From Candidatus Magasanikiibacteriota bacterium (GTDB lineage Bacteria > Patescibacteriota > Patescibacteriia > Magasanikbacterales > GWA2-37-8), in the NCBI GenBank assembly GCA_016182085.1, contig JACOYB010000004.1:4250-68249 (forward strand): 64,000 bases of DNA. Reading direction: 5' to 3'. Under the pieces are notes generated by a model. The model had not been told where the DNA came from and ran no database searches. It worked only from the letters and a program-made list of their open reading frames with translations. Numbering within the stretch: position 1 is the first letter of the stretch; the number at the start of each line of letters is the position of its first letter. The position numbers and the translations under genes were made by a program. Below are positions 49,640 through 60,219 of this stretch, piece after piece.

Positions 49640-51460
49640 ATGTCTGTTAAAACCAAGTTGCTAATCTATATTGTTGTCATAGCGTTGCTGGCAACAATAG
49701 GGGCGGCGCTTGGTTTTTGGTTTTATAATAATAGCAGTTTTGCATCTCTACCTTCCTTCGTTAAGGAGACTTCTCAAGAAGAATCCCAGATGCACAGGGC
49801 TTATTCCATGGACGAAGGATTCTATAGTGTTTTCTTTGCCAATAATAAACAAACAAAAAATATTGAAGAGAAAGTTGTGTCGGCAGTGGTGCCGCATCAT
49901 TTAATTGCCGGACAATTTATCGGTTCTTTTTTTAATAGTATGGCAGGGCAAAAGCCGGATACGGTCGTTATTATCGGTCCGAATCATAAACAGGTAGGAA
50001 ATAGTTCTGTTATTACCAGTAATTTGTCTTGGCAAACTCCGTATGGCACTTTAAACACAAATAAAAAGTTAATTAATAAAATTATTGCTACCAATATTGC
50101 TTCTTCACATCAAGAAGTTATGGGTGATGAGCATAGTATTTCCAGCCTCGTGCCATTTGTAAAAAAAACTTGGCCTAAAGCCATGGTGGTGCCAATTATT
50201 TTAAAAAATAATGCTAAAGGCTCGGATTTAGATAGATTAGTTGAGACGTTGTCAGATTCAAAAGAAAAAATTTTAGTCTTGGCCAGTGTTGACTTCTCAC
50301 ACTATTTGCCGCAATCAGTCGCGGATTTTCATGACGCGCTCTCTATAAATACCTTAGAAAGCGGCAGTTTCCAAAATTTGCGTGAACTGGAAATAGACAG
50401 TCAGCCAAGTTTGTATGCATTATTAAAATATAATGAATATAAAAAATCACAAGCCTTTACTTTGCTGTCTCATACAAATAGCGGCGAAATTATTGGTAAA
50501 GATATAAGCGATACCACCAGTCATATCATTGGATACTATAGGGGCGGCGCCCCCGGTAAAAAACCGGCTGCTTCGGTGCAGTTTTTTGGCGATATTATGC
50601 TTGATCGCGAAGTGGCTAAAGTGATGGGCAAGACCGGGCTAAATTATATATTCAAAAATTTGCGCGCCGAAGAAGATAGATTTTTTCAAGGAATGCATAT
50701 GCTTGTGGCAAATTTGGAAGGCCCGTTTGCGCCAGCGCGAGTGTCTACAACCAAATCAATCGCGTTTCGGTTTGATCCAAAACTGGCAGGAGAGTTAAAG
50801 TCGCATGGCTTTGATGCATTTAGTCTAGCCAATAATCATAGCATGGACATGGGTCGAAAGAATGTTGAGTTTACCAGAGGAGTATTAAATCAAAATGGGT
50901 TTGGTTATTTTGGCGATGAGTATAATCAAGGTTTAGAGTATTCGTATATTGCCGGAGAAGAAAAAAATTTGCCATTTAACATAGCTTTTATTGGTTTAAA
51001 TTTTACCGAAGGGCCCTTGGATATGGTTAAAGTTAAAGAAGCTATAGATGATGCTAGCATGCAAGCCAAGTTTGTAGTCATTAATATTCATTGGGGAGAA
51101 GAATACAAGCGTAATTCCAATAAAAGCCAGCAAGATTTGGCCCACCAATTGATTGATTGGGGCGCGGACGTAATCATTGGCCATCATCCTCATGTGGTTC
51201 AGGAAGTGGAAGTATATAAGGATAAGTACATTTTTTATTCCTTGGGAAATTTTATTTTTGATCAGTATTTTTCTAAAGATACTCAAGAGGGCATGAGCGT
51301 TGGTTTAATTTTACAAGATGATGGTGGGGTAAAAGTCCATATTATTCCTTTTTTCTCCAAAAGATCCCAGGTGCAGGTGATGACTGGAGCGCAGAAAGAG
51401 GAGTTTTTTAAATGGATGAAGGAAAATAGCAGAATGGGGAGTTCTTCTTTTAGGTTTTAA
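49640..51460 (+). CDS. Memo (AmmeMemoRadiSAM B) domain fused to a CapA-type metallophosphoesterase
   Basis: PHH, GPNH, EHS, SVDFSHY followed by GDIMLDR, NLEG, ANNH, HWG, GHHPH, YSLGNF. Confidence 0.85.
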   Translation: MSVKTKLLIYIVVIALLATIGAALGFWFYNNSSFASLPSFVKETSQEESQMHRAYSMDEGFYSVFFANNKQTKNIEEKVVSAVVPHHLIAGQFIGSFFNSMAGQKPDTVVIIGPNHKQVGNSSVITSNLSWQTPYGTLNTNKKLINKIIATNIASSHQEVMGDEHSISSLVPFVKKTWPKAMVVPIILKNNAKGSDLDRLVETLSDSKEKILVLASVDFSHYLPQSVADFHDALSINTLESGSFQNLRELEIDSQPSLYALLKYNEYKKSQAFTLLSHTNSGEIIGKDISDTTSHIIGYYRGGAPGKKPAASVQFFGDIMLDREVAKVMGKTGLNYIFKNLRAEEDRFFQGMHMLVANLEGPFAPARVSTTKSIAFRFDPKLAGELKSHGFDAFSLANNHSMDMGRKNVEFTRGVLNQNGFGYFGDEYNQGLEYSYIAGEEKNLPFNIAFIGLNFTEGPLDMVKVKEAIDDASMQAKFVVINIHWGEEYKRNSNKSQQDLAHQLIDWGADVIIGHHPHVVQEVEVYKDKYIFYSLGNFIFDQYFSKDTQEGMSVGLILQDDGGVKVHIIPFFSKRSQVQVMTGAQKEEFFKWMKENSRMGSSSFRF

Positions 51461-51547
51461 ATAATTTAATACCTGTTGATTTTTCATTAAAGGGACGGTA
51501 AAATTATGTAAAGCTTTTATACTTAAATCCTATTAAATTTTTATCCT

Positions 51548-52564
51548 ATGGATAAAGAACGGCAATTTCTTGACCCTGTCGATCTCGAATTTGACGAACC
51601 GCCAGAAGGGCAAGAACAAGAACCTCTTCCTGTAAATCCTCGGATCGAAAGTCTGCACAGAGATTTTCGTGTCGTGGAATCTAATATAGTTAAATTTAAA
51701 AAGCGCATCGATAAATTTGAAGGGGACGGTGGTAGGCAGGTAGGTGAGGTCATTAGAGATCTTCTATCAATAAAAGGTATTGTAGAAAAAGACCCAAGCA
51801 GTCTTTCGGAAGATGAGTGGCAAAAGTTTAGGGAAATATCTACTAAGATCGGAATTGGCTTTTATCGTTTTGAAAAAGAATATGATGATATTTGTAAATG
51901 GGCGGATTTGTTGGCTAGACAAGACACGGGCATAGGAAGTCAATTAGAGGCTCTTAGGGGGTTTGAACTAGAAAGTGAATTTGCAGAATTAGAGAAAATG
52001 GTTAACGAACAACATAACAAACATTTTCAACCAGCCTTTGAACAAGGCGCAGGAGTGCTAGAGAAGAATGGTCAATTTTTACAAGAAATTAGAGCGGCGT
52101 CTGAAATGTTCAGGAGTTTTGTTGCAAATGCGCGCCTACTTTTAGATGCTCTGCCACAGAGATTAGATGGATTACGTGCTCGTGCGGCTGCAGAGAGTGA
52201 CAAAGAAAGCGCCGACATAGAATTATTGGATTTACAGAAGAAATTGGATAAAATTTTATTAAAATATACAAGTACATTAAGACTTGTGCTTTTGAAATTA
52301 ACTAGAAGAATAAAGGAGGACGACGAGATGACTAAAAGAGACGAAAGCCGTTTCAAGCAGTTAGAAGCTGCGAAAGCAGAAAAAACTAAAGCGTCAAGAG
52401 AGATAGAACGTGAATTCCGCTCGTTGAAGCAATTACAAAGGCAGTTGGAGTATGTGGTAGGTGCAAGTAAGGAGGGCGCAAAAAGAAAAATGAAGCACGA
52501 TCAACCAACCCTATATGATAACTACATTGATTTTGTGGAAAGTTTTGCTAAGGAAGCAGTTTAG
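51548..52564 (+). CDS. hypothetical coiled-coil protein
   Basis: 338-aa charged helical ORF. Confidence 0.7.
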   Translation: MDKERQFLDPVDLEFDEPPEGQEQEPLPVNPRIESLHRDFRVVESNIVKFKKRIDKFEGDGGRQVGEVIRDLLSIKGIVEKDPSSLSEDEWQKFREISTKIGIGFYRFEKEYDDICKWADLLARQDTGIGSQLEALRGFELESEFAELEKMVNEQHNKHFQPAFEQGAGVLEKNGQFLQEIRAASEMFRSFVANARLLLDALPQRLDGLRARAAAESDKESADIELLDLQKKLDKILLKYTSTLRLVLLKLTRRIKEDDEMTKRDESRFKQLEAAKAEKTKASREIEREFRSLKQLQRQLEYVVGASKEGAKRKMKHDQPTLYDNYIDFVESFAKEAV

Positions 52565-52741
52565 TTATTTTGCAATTTTACTAAAAATTTCTACATACTA
52601 AGTTATTTTAAGAGGAAGAATAAAATTTAACTTTTTCCTCTTGATTTTTTATCTTAAAAATGGTATAATCATATTGTTAGATGAAAATTTTTGAAGAAAT
52701 GATGAGCAGTTCATTGCAGGGCAAGGAGTAAATGAAGTTAT

Positions 52742-52822
52742 ATGAGTGGACACAGTAAATGGCACCCCGGTAGCAGATCCGCACGGGCGGCTCGCTACGG
52801 GGTAGGCGTACTGAATTTGTAG
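52742..52822 (+). pseudogene. recoded yebC start stub truncated by a palindromic element
   Basis: ATG AGT GGA CAC AGT AAA TGG CAC (MSGHSKWH), then a CCCCGGTAGC..GCTACGGGG hairpin and a stop codon. Confidence 0.75.
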
Positions 52823-52855
52823 ATATCCTGCTTAATCAGAATTGCATAACATAAT

Positions 52856-53569
52856 ATGTCCGGTCATTCAAAATGGCATAACATTCAGGCAAGGAAAGGA
52901 AAGCAGGACGCGCTGCGAAGCGGACAATTTACCAAAGTTTCTAAACTTATCACGATTGCCGCCAAAAGCGGCAGCGATTCGGCAACAAATTTCTCCTTAC
53001 GCTTGGCCATGGAAAAAGCCAAAGAGGTGGGAATGCCGAAAGATAATGTAGAACGCGCGATAAAACGGGGTACCGGCGAGCTCGCTGGCGACCAAATAGA
53101 AGAAACCCTTTATGAAGGATATGGACCGGGAGGGGTGGCAATCCTTATAAAGTGCCTAACTGACAATAAAAATCGCACCGTTTCCGATATTAAACATATA
53201 TTATCAAAACACGGCGGATCAATGGCCGGAGCCGGAAGCGTAATGTGGATGTTCCAGCAGCTTGGTGTTATAACACTAGAAAAAGATAAAATAACCAATA
53301 AAGATGATTTTGAACTGCAAATGATAGAAGCAGGGGCTGAAGATATGGTAGAAGATGGGGAGTTGGAGATACGAACAAAAATAGATAATCTTCAAAAAGT
53401 TTTGGCTAAGATAAAAGAAATAGCGTTGGAACCGAAAGAATCAAGTTTGCAATGGATAGCCAAAGATACAGTGCCGGTAAATCAAGAAGTTGCGGAAAAA
53501 TTAGAGAAATTATTTGCGGAATTTGAGGAAAATGATGATGTAGAAAATTATTTTACCAATGCCCAATAG
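52856..53569 (+). CDS. yebC: YebC/PmpR-family protein
   Basis: MSGHSKW, YEGYGPGG, TDNKNRT. Confidence 0.95.
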   Translation: MSGHSKWHNIQARKGKQDALRSGQFTKVSKLITIAAKSGSDSATNFSLRLAMEKAKEVGMPKDNVERAIKRGTGELAGDQIEETLYEGYGPGGVAILIKCLTDNKNRTVSDIKHILSKHGGSMAGAGSVMWMFQQLGVITLEKDKITNKDDFELQMIEAGAEDMVEDGELEIRTKIDNLQKVLAKIKEIALEPKESSLQWIAKDTVPVNQEVAEKLEKLFAEFEENDDVENYFTNAQ

Positions 53570-53578
53570 TAAAGCCAT

Positions 53579-54079
53579 ATGAAAGAGGAAGTTATATTGG
53601 GAATAGACCCGGGATTTGGCAGAATGGGGTATGGCATAATTAAAAAAAATAAGAAAGGCGAGTGGGATGCAATGGGGTATGGATGTATAGAAACATCCGG
53701 CAAGTACAGCTTTGTCCAAAGATTAGCTCAAATACACCAGGCACTTTTAAAAATTATTGATACATATAAACCCACAAGAATGGCCGTGGAAGAGTTATTC
53801 TTTTTCAAGAACGCTAAAACAGCCATTGAAGTGGGGCAGGCCAGAGGGGTAATACTCCTTACAGGAATTGAAAGTAATTTAGCCATAGATGAGTTTACGC
53901 CGCTGGAAGTAAAACAAGCCATGACCGGGTACGGCCGGGCCGAAAAGAGGCAGATGCAGAAAATCGTGGCAATGGTCCTTAATATAAAAGATAAAATAAA
54001 ATCCGATGATGCAGCCGACGCTTTGGCGGTAGCCATTTGCGCTGGTCAAAGTTTATGGGTAAAAAAGCTGAATAAATAA
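53579..54079 (+). CDS. ruvC: Holliday junction resolvase RuvC
   Basis: LGIDPG, VEELFF, GYGRAEK.Q, DDAADALAVA. Confidence 0.95.
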   Translation: MKEEVILGIDPGFGRMGYGIIKKNKKGEWDAMGYGCIETSGKYSFVQRLAQIHQALLKIIDTYKPTRMAVEELFFFKNAKTAIEVGQARGVILLTGIESNLAIDEFTPLEVKQAMTGYGRAEKRQMQKIVAMVLNIKDKIKSDDAADALAVAICAGQSLWVKKLNK

Positions 54080-54080
54080 C

Positions 54081-54141
54081 ATATATACTCATTCGCTCGG
54101 AAATAATCAAACACATTTGATTATTTCTCTCACTCATTTCG
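54081..54141 (-). repeat. CGAAATGAGTGAGAGAAAT-hairpin-ATTTCCGAGCGAATGAG element
   Basis: The reverse complement matches the ends of 17738-17832 and fills the whole intergenic gap. Confidence 0.75.
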
Positions 54142-54144
54142 TAT

Positions 54145-57100
54145 ATGAAAAAACGCCTGGGTTTTTCCCTCCTCATCGCCGCATTTAGCTTGGCGATCTA
54201 TGTATCTTTTTTGGCTCCAAGCAAAGTTGCGGCTGATTCAAATCTGGTTGAAGACCCGGGCTTTGAAACGAGCATGTCTAACTTTGAACCAAATCAAGAC
54301 GGTACATCCGTATCTCTTACGAGCATTAGTCCAATTAACGGATCCCGAAGTTTGGTAGTTGGCACTACTGGTTATGGTGATAGTGTATTATGGCAAGGCC
54401 GGGATATTTCTACCTTTGCTACCAAAAGATCAAATCAATTTACCGCTTCAGTGCGTATTCGTTCCACCGTTGGTTCGGCTTCAGAGATTTCTTTTTGCGG
54501 TTTGGTAGATTACGCAACTGGCGAAGGCGTTCGCAATTGTAAAGAAGTAACAGGTTCGGTTGGTGACAAAGGCACAGTCAATCTTTCCTTTGCTCTTGAT
54601 AACAGCCGAGATTTAGACAGAGTCCGTGTTGGTATTTTCCAAGAAGGAAGCGCCGCCTTACGTGAAGTTTTAATTGATGACTTGTCAGTGATATTAACCG
54701 GTATTTCCATCGGTTCGCCAGCTCCTACTCCGGTAAATGGTGCGTGTGGATCTTCAAATAACGCCACTGTTGCCAGCGCTCCAACCACCAACCTCTGTTC
54801 ATCCGGTTCTGCCAGCACGGTTGCGGGTTCCGGTCCATGGACTTGGAGCTGCGCCGGATCAAATGGCGGTACAACCGCCAGCTGCAGCGCTCAAATGATT
54901 TCTACTTCAAATCCAGTAAATGGTACTTGCGGCGCGGCTAATAACACCCAAGTTTCTTCAGCTCCAACTAACTATCTGTGTTCATCGGGTACAGCCAGTA
55001 CTGTTTCTGGTTCCGGCCCATGGACATGGAGTTGTTCGGGTACAAACGGTGGTACCAACTCTAGTTGTAGCGCTCAAACAATTACTACCCAAAATCCAGT
55101 AAACGGTGTTTGCGGCTCGGCTAATAATACAACAGTTTCAACAGCCCCAACGACTGGTCTTTGTTCCGTTGGCTCAGCCAGCACGGTGGCCGGTTCCGGC
55201 CCATGGACATGGAGCTGCGCCGGTCAAAACGGCGGCACAACCGGTAGTTGTAGCGCTCAAAAAACTATTTCTTCCACACCGCCGCCTGTTTCAAGCGCAA
55301 ATAATTTAATTGAAGAACCTAGTTTTGAAACCACTCTTTCTAATTTTGAACCAAATCAAGCCGGCACCTCTGTTAATGTTACAAATGTTAATCCCATTAG
55401 CGGCGCTAGAAGTTTATCTATAACTACCGGCGGCTACGGCGATAGTATTCTTTGGGCAGGCCGGGACATTTCTACTTTTACTACCAAAAGATCTTCTCAA
55501 TTTACCGGTTCTATCCGTATTCGTTCTACCGTTGCTTCTGCCTCCGAAATTTCATTCTGCGGTTTAGTTGATTACGCAACCGGATCCGGCGTACGTAATT
55601 GTACTAATGTTAGTGGTTCTGTTGGCGATAAAGGTACAGTTAATCTTTCCTTTGCTCTTGATAGCGCTCGTGATTTAGACAGGGTCCGTGTTGGTATTTT
55701 CCAAGAAGGCAGCTCTCCTCTTAGAGCAGTTATGCTTGATGATGCTTCCGTAGTTTTAGCAGGTATTTCTCCTCCGATTCCAGTAAGCGGAGCTTGCGGA
55801 TCATCTAATAACACCACTCTTTCATCTGCCCCAACTACCAATCTTTGTGCCAGTGGCAGCCCGAGCTCTGTATCCGGTTCGGGTCCTTGGAGTTGGACAT
55901 GTAATGGTTCAAATGGCGGCACTACTGCTAGCTGTACTGCCCAAAGAACTATTACCCAAACTCCGGTAAATGGCGTATGTGGTTCAGCCAATAACACAAC
56001 AGTTTCAACTGCTCCAACTACCAATCTGTGTTCTTCCGGTTCTGCCAGCACGGTTGCCGGTTCTGGCCCATGGACTTGGTCTTGCGCCGGTTCAAATGGC
56101 GGCACAACCGGTAATTGTAGCGCTCAGCTTTCCGGATCAACTACAATTCCACCTTCAACTAGATTTACAATCGGTCAACGCGTGCAAACAACAGCTAATT
56201 TAAATGTTAGAGCCACTCCAAATACCGCAGGTACTTTGCTTGGCACACAAACTTCCGGTTCGTTAGGCACAGTAACAGGCGGGCCAGTAGCCCAGGGAGG
56301 CTATAATTGGTGGGGTATAAACTACGATGCGGGAGCAGACGGATATTCGGTAGAAAATTTCTTAACCGCCTATTCATCTCCAAATCCTCCTCCAACTCCT
56401 CCACCGGGCGGCGCCATAACTTATCCGGCCTTTAATTTAAACGATCCGGCAGATGCCCCGCTTATTAAATTTGCAGAAACATGGGCAAGAAATTGGAATT
56501 TTGAAGGACATAATGTTGATCCTAACTTTAGCGGCAATAGCGGCAATTGGAATTATACCGAAACCACTTATGAGCCATGGCTTTTTGATCGTGCTTCCGT
56601 TGGTTACTATTTATATAAAAGAACTACCGACCCTACGCAAAAAGCTCGCTGGTATCAGCAATTTTTATCCGACTTTGCTTATTATAGAAATCATATAGAT
56701 TCAGCCGGTATATTTACTCCAAAAGGATATGGCGATACAAAATATAGTTATATCACTCCATTCTTACTTTACGAAAAAGAAACCGGAGACACTCAATATC
56801 GTCCAATTGCCCAAAGAATCTATAATGCATGGATGAGTGATTTTAGTAGCACATATTCACCAAATGGAAACGATCTTTGGACAGAACGTGAAATTGGTCT
56901 GGCTTTGGAAGCGGCCGTGTCTTGGTACGAAATTACTGGTGATTCTTCCGCGCTTACTCGCGCCAATGCTTTGATATCTCAATGGACTGTGGTGGCCAAC
57001 GCAGGCGGAGGCGTACCTCTTACTACCGTAGATCGCCATGAAGGTGGCGGAGGAACACAACTCATCACAAGTCCTTGGATGAGTGGATTATACTTCCAAG

Positions 57101-59904
57101 CTGCCCGCAGACTTTATGCTATAACTGGCAATACAGAAATATTGCAACAAGTAACTCGTTATGCAGATTGGATGGAACAGCACGCCTATTTTGATGCCGG
57201 TGTTGTAGACGATCCATATGCCGGAATAACGGCTGCTTACTATTTGGTTGGTCCTACAGGTCCTTACACTCCGGAAACTCCAAGCGCAGGCGACCTAGAC
57301 CACTGTTTAGATGTTTCAGGAATAGTATCGTTTGCCATTAGCGCCAAACAGCTTCTTGGTCAATCTGCTACTGCGCTTACCGCTCGCCATGCTCAACTAC
57401 GAACTTGCGCGGTATATGCATTTAATGATGCCACTCGCACCACCATTACTCTTCCTAAATATCGCGTAAATCCTCCTCGCAAATTTAATTGGTGGATGCG
57501 TTCTACCCTTGGATATAATGGTCCAACCAGTCCTGTCACTCCTCCACCAACTACTTTAGTAAATGGCGTTTGTGGTTCTGCAAACAACACTACCGTTGCT
57601 TCTGCTCCAACCACCAACCTTTGTTCCGCTGGAACAGCTAGTGCGGTCGCCGGTTCCGGCCCATGGACTTGGTCTTGCGCCGGATCAAATGGCGGCACCA
57701 CTGCCAACTGCAGCGCTCAAAGAACAGCTTCAACTCCGCCAACTAGTTATTCTTTATCCGTATCTCTTGGTGGTAGTGGTACCGTAGTTTCAACTCCGAC
57801 TGGTATTAACTGTGGCGCTGCCTGTACTGCCAACTTTACGAGCGGTACTTCGGTTACTCTTACCGCAACTCCAGCAACCGGAAATACATTTATTGGTTGG
57901 AGCGGTGGAGTTTGTAGCGGTACTGGAACCTGTGTCGTTTCAATGACTGCCGTTAGAAGCGTTGGCGCGACATTTGCAGCAAATACTACCCAAACTTCCG
58001 TAAGACCTTTGGCTACTGCCAATCCGCGCGTTTTGTTAAATGATGCTACGACCGTATCAAGATTACAAAATGCTTTGTCTACAAATGCGGCTGGCGCGGC
58101 CAGATTTAGAACCATGGTAAACAATGAACTTGCAAGTCCGGGCACAAACTATGCCTTCCAAGGATGGTTTGCCGCTTTAATGTATCGTCTCACCGGTACA
58201 GCGAGCTATGGAACCTTTGCCGTAAATAAAGTAGATACATTTGTTAATGCCGAAATGGCCAGAATAAACGCCGGCCAACGTCCGCTTGTCGCTGGTGATA
58301 GTTTCTTAGAAGTGGGAGATATGGTCGGCGATGTGGCCCTTGTATATGACTGGGCAAACAATTTACTTACTCCAGCTCAAAAGACAACCTGGGTTAACTA
58401 CATGAATTTAGTTTTAAATAATTTATGGGGTAATCCGGACGCAGTTCGTTGGGGCGGAGTTTCTTATCCTTGGTCCGGCTGGTCATTAAATGATCCTTAC
58501 AACAATTATTATTATTCATTCTTGCAAGCCACCATGTTGACTGGTTTAGCTACTTACGGAGATAACCCTCAAGCGCAACAGTGGTTAAATAAATTTTATA
58601 ACGATAAAATCATCGCTCAATTATTGCCAGCCTTCAATATTATGCCAGGCGGCGGATCTCGTGAAGGTACGGGTTATGGCACGGCTCTGGCCAGATTATT
58701 CAAGTTATACTTCTGGTGGGAAAAATCAACCGGTGTAAATATTGCCAACCAAACTCCGCACACTTTGGGCACAATGTTCTGGTTTACCCATTCCATCGTT
58801 CCATCACTTGATAAATTGGTTCCAACCGGCGATCATTCTCGCGATGAAACTGCCGAGTTGTATGATTACCATCGTGATTTACTTCAGAATTTAATTTCTC
58901 TCTATCCAAACGAACAAATTTCTGGAGCGGTAAAACAACTATTGTCCCAGTCCAATGTACAAAGAATGCAGTTTAGCGTAAGTTACTGGTCGGACTTTGT
59001 AAATGATTGGCCATCCATTACTGCCAGACCTTTAACTACTCTTAACACCACCTATTTTGGAACCGGTACTGGCAACTTCTATACCCGTTCTTCTTGGAAT
59101 AATAATGCCATAATGGTACACATGATGGCTGGCCCTTACGACCAAAGCCATGCTCATAGGGATCAAGGTTCAGTTCTGCTTAATTCTGCCGGCGCTTGGT
59201 TATTTGATGATGCAAACCGCCGCTCTTCTAGCGGTATAGAATTAGACGAAGAGATGCATAACTTGGTACGCTTCCGTTCCGGTGGAAGTACTGTCAGACA
59301 AGTAGAAAGCGCTGCCCCATCCGAAGTTTTGGCTTTATCTGATGGAACTTTGTTCTCTTATGAACTGGCCAATACTAAACCGATTTATAACAACAAACCG
59401 GAAGTAGTAAAATCAGAAAGAGAAATGGTCTTTATTAAACAGGGCGCGGTTGTGCTGTTTGATAGATCTGCTGCCAACTCATCTGCGGTTTCCAGAATTT
59501 TCCAGTTACAAATGTCAACCGCTCCGTTTATCTCTGGCAACCGATTAACCTTTACCAGTGGTGCGCAAAGAGCCGATGTGTGGAGACTCTCTCCTGCCAA
59601 TGTTCCATGGACAACCGTGCCTGTATTTAGCGGTCAACGAGCAGAAGCTGTAGACAACAACGGCACTCAATCTTTGTTCCTGCATGTTATAGGTGTAAAC
59701 AGCCAAGTAACATCGGTAATCTCTGATAATACGGCCACCGAAACCGGTGCTCGCATCACCTTTAGTGATGGAACCGTGGCTACCGTACGCTTTAGCAATG
59801 CTGGTCGCGGCGGTACATTAAACATGGTAAGTGCCTCTGGCCAAACCTTGTATAATGCCGCTCTACCTATAACTGTAAATACATTCCCGCAATATCAACA
59901 ATAA
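54145..59904 (+). CDS. giant secreted modular protein with putative polysaccharide lyase or glycosidase domains
   Basis: Signal peptide, two CBM-like repeats, six NGxCG..GPWTWSC..CSAQ repeats, SH3b-like unit, InlB-B-like unit, heparinase II/III-like C-terminus (EGTGYG, HAHRDQGS). Confidence 0.85.
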   Translation: MKKRLGFSLLIAAFSLAIYVSFLAPSKVAADSNLVEDPGFETSMSNFEPNQDGTSVSLTSISPINGSRSLVVGTTGYGDSVLWQGRDISTFATKRSNQFTASVRIRSTVGSASEISFCGLVDYATGEGVRNCKEVTGSVGDKGTVNLSFALDNSRDLDRVRVGIFQEGSAALREVLIDDLSVILTGISIGSPAPTPVNGACGSSNNATVASAPTTNLCSSGSASTVAGSGPWTWSCAGSNGGTTASCSAQMISTSNPVNGTCGAANNTQVSSAPTNYLCSSGTASTVSGSGPWTWSCSGTNGGTNSSCSAQTITTQNPVNGVCGSANNTTVSTAPTTGLCSVGSASTVAGSGPWTWSCAGQNGGTTGSCSAQKTISSTPPPVSSANNLIEEPSFETTLSNFEPNQAGTSVNVTNVNPISGARSLSITTGGYGDSILWAGRDISTFTTKRSSQFTGSIRIRSTVASASEISFCGLVDYATGSGVRNCTNVSGSVGDKGTVNLSFALDSARDLDRVRVGIFQEGSSPLRAVMLDDASVVLAGISPPIPVSGACGSSNNTTLSSAPTTNLCASGSPSSVSGSGPWSWTCNGSNGGTTASCTAQRTITQTPVNGVCGSANNTTVSTAPTTNLCSSGSASTVAGSGPWTWSCAGSNGGTTGNCSAQLSGSTTIPPSTRFTIGQRVQTTANLNVRATPNTAGTLLGTQTSGSLGTVTGGPVAQGGYNWWGINYDAGADGYSVENFLTAYSSPNPPPTPPPGGAITYPAFNLNDPADAPLIKFAETWARNWNFEGHNVDPNFSGNSGNWNYTETTYEPWLFDRASVGYYLYKRTTDPTQKARWYQQFLSDFAYYRNHIDSAGIFTPKGYGDTKYSYITPFLLYEKETGDTQYRPIAQRIYNAWMSDFSSTYSPNGNDLWTEREIGLALEAAVSWYEITGDSSALTRANALISQWTVVANAGGGVPLTTVDRHEGGGGTQLITSPWMSGLYFQAARRLYAITGNTEILQQVTRYADWMEQHAYFDAGVVDDPYAGITAAYYLVGPTGPYTPETPSAGDLDHCLDVSGIVSFAISAKQLLGQSATALTARHAQLRTCAVYAFNDATRTTITLPKYRVNPPRKFNWWMRSTLGYNGPTSPVTPPPTTLVNGVCGSANNTTVASAPTTNLCSAGTASAVAGSGPWTWSCAGSNGGTTANCSAQRTASTPPTSYSLSVSLGGSGTVVSTPTGINCGAACTANFTSGTSVTLTATPATGNTFIGWSGGVCSGTGTCVVSMTAVRSVGATFAANTTQTSVRPLATANPRVLLNDATTVSRLQNALSTNAAGAARFRTMVNNELASPGTNYAFQGWFAALMYRLTGTASYGTFAVNKVDTFVNAEMARINAGQRPLVAGDSFLEVGDMVGDVALVYDWANNLLTPAQKTTWVNYMNLVLNNLWGNPDAVRWGGVSYPWSGWSLNDPYNNYYYSFLQATMLTGLATYGDNPQAQQWLNKFYNDKIIAQLLPAFNIMPGGGSREGTGYGTALARLFKLYFWWEKSTGVNIANQTPHTLGTMFWFTHSIVPSLDKLVPTGDHSRDETAELYDYHRDLLQNLISLYPNEQISGAVKQLLSQSNVQRMQFSVSYWSDFVNDWPSITARPLTTLNTTYFGTGTGNFYTRSSWNNNAIMVHMMAGPYDQSHAHRDQGSVLLNSAGAWLFDDANRRSSSGIELDEEMHNLVRFRSGGSTVRQVESAAPSEVLALSDGTLFSYELANTKPIYNNKPEVVKSEREMVFIKQGAVVLFDRSAANSSAVSRIFQLQMSTAPFISGNRLTFTSGAQRADVWRLSPANVPWTTVPVFSGQRAEAVDNNGTQSLFLHVIGVNSQVTSVISDNTATETGARITFSDGTVATVRFSNAGRGGTLNMVSASGQTLYNAALPITVNTFPQYQQ

Positions 59905-60078
59905 AAATATAGCAGTTTAAAAACTAAAGGCCGCCCTCCAGGCGGTTTTTAGTTTTGGTTTAATAGGGTTGACAAAGAGGTTCTTGTATGATAATGTCTG
60001 TTATCTTGTATGACTTATAGCGCCTTATTATAGGCGCCTAAAGCCCGCTGCAAGATCAACAACCGGGAGAGTAACTGA

Positions 60079-60219
60079 ATGCTGTTTAGCGCTTCTGATC
60101 TGATTTCTCATCTCTGGCTGGAGGTCAAGGCACAGTCCAAGAAGTCCCTGATCTACGGGATCGTGACTGCGATCCTTCTAGGGCTCGGGGTAAAGTTTGT
60201 GATTTGGCTCTTCTTGTAG
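60079..60219 (+). CDS. small orphan membrane protein (46 aa)
   Basis: GGGAG RBS; MLFSASDLISHLWLEVKAQSKKSLIYGIVTAILLGLGVKFVIWLFL; below the ORF-track size cutoff. Confidence 0.55.
   Translation: MLFSASDLISHLWLEVKAQSKKSLIYGIVTAILLGLGVKFVIWLFL

Noticed and set aside
54730-57720. ~165-bp DNA repeats as a possible CRISPR array or DGR TR/VR pair
   Set aside because: They are in-frame protein repeats with synonymous divergence, no spacers and no adenine-specific pattern.
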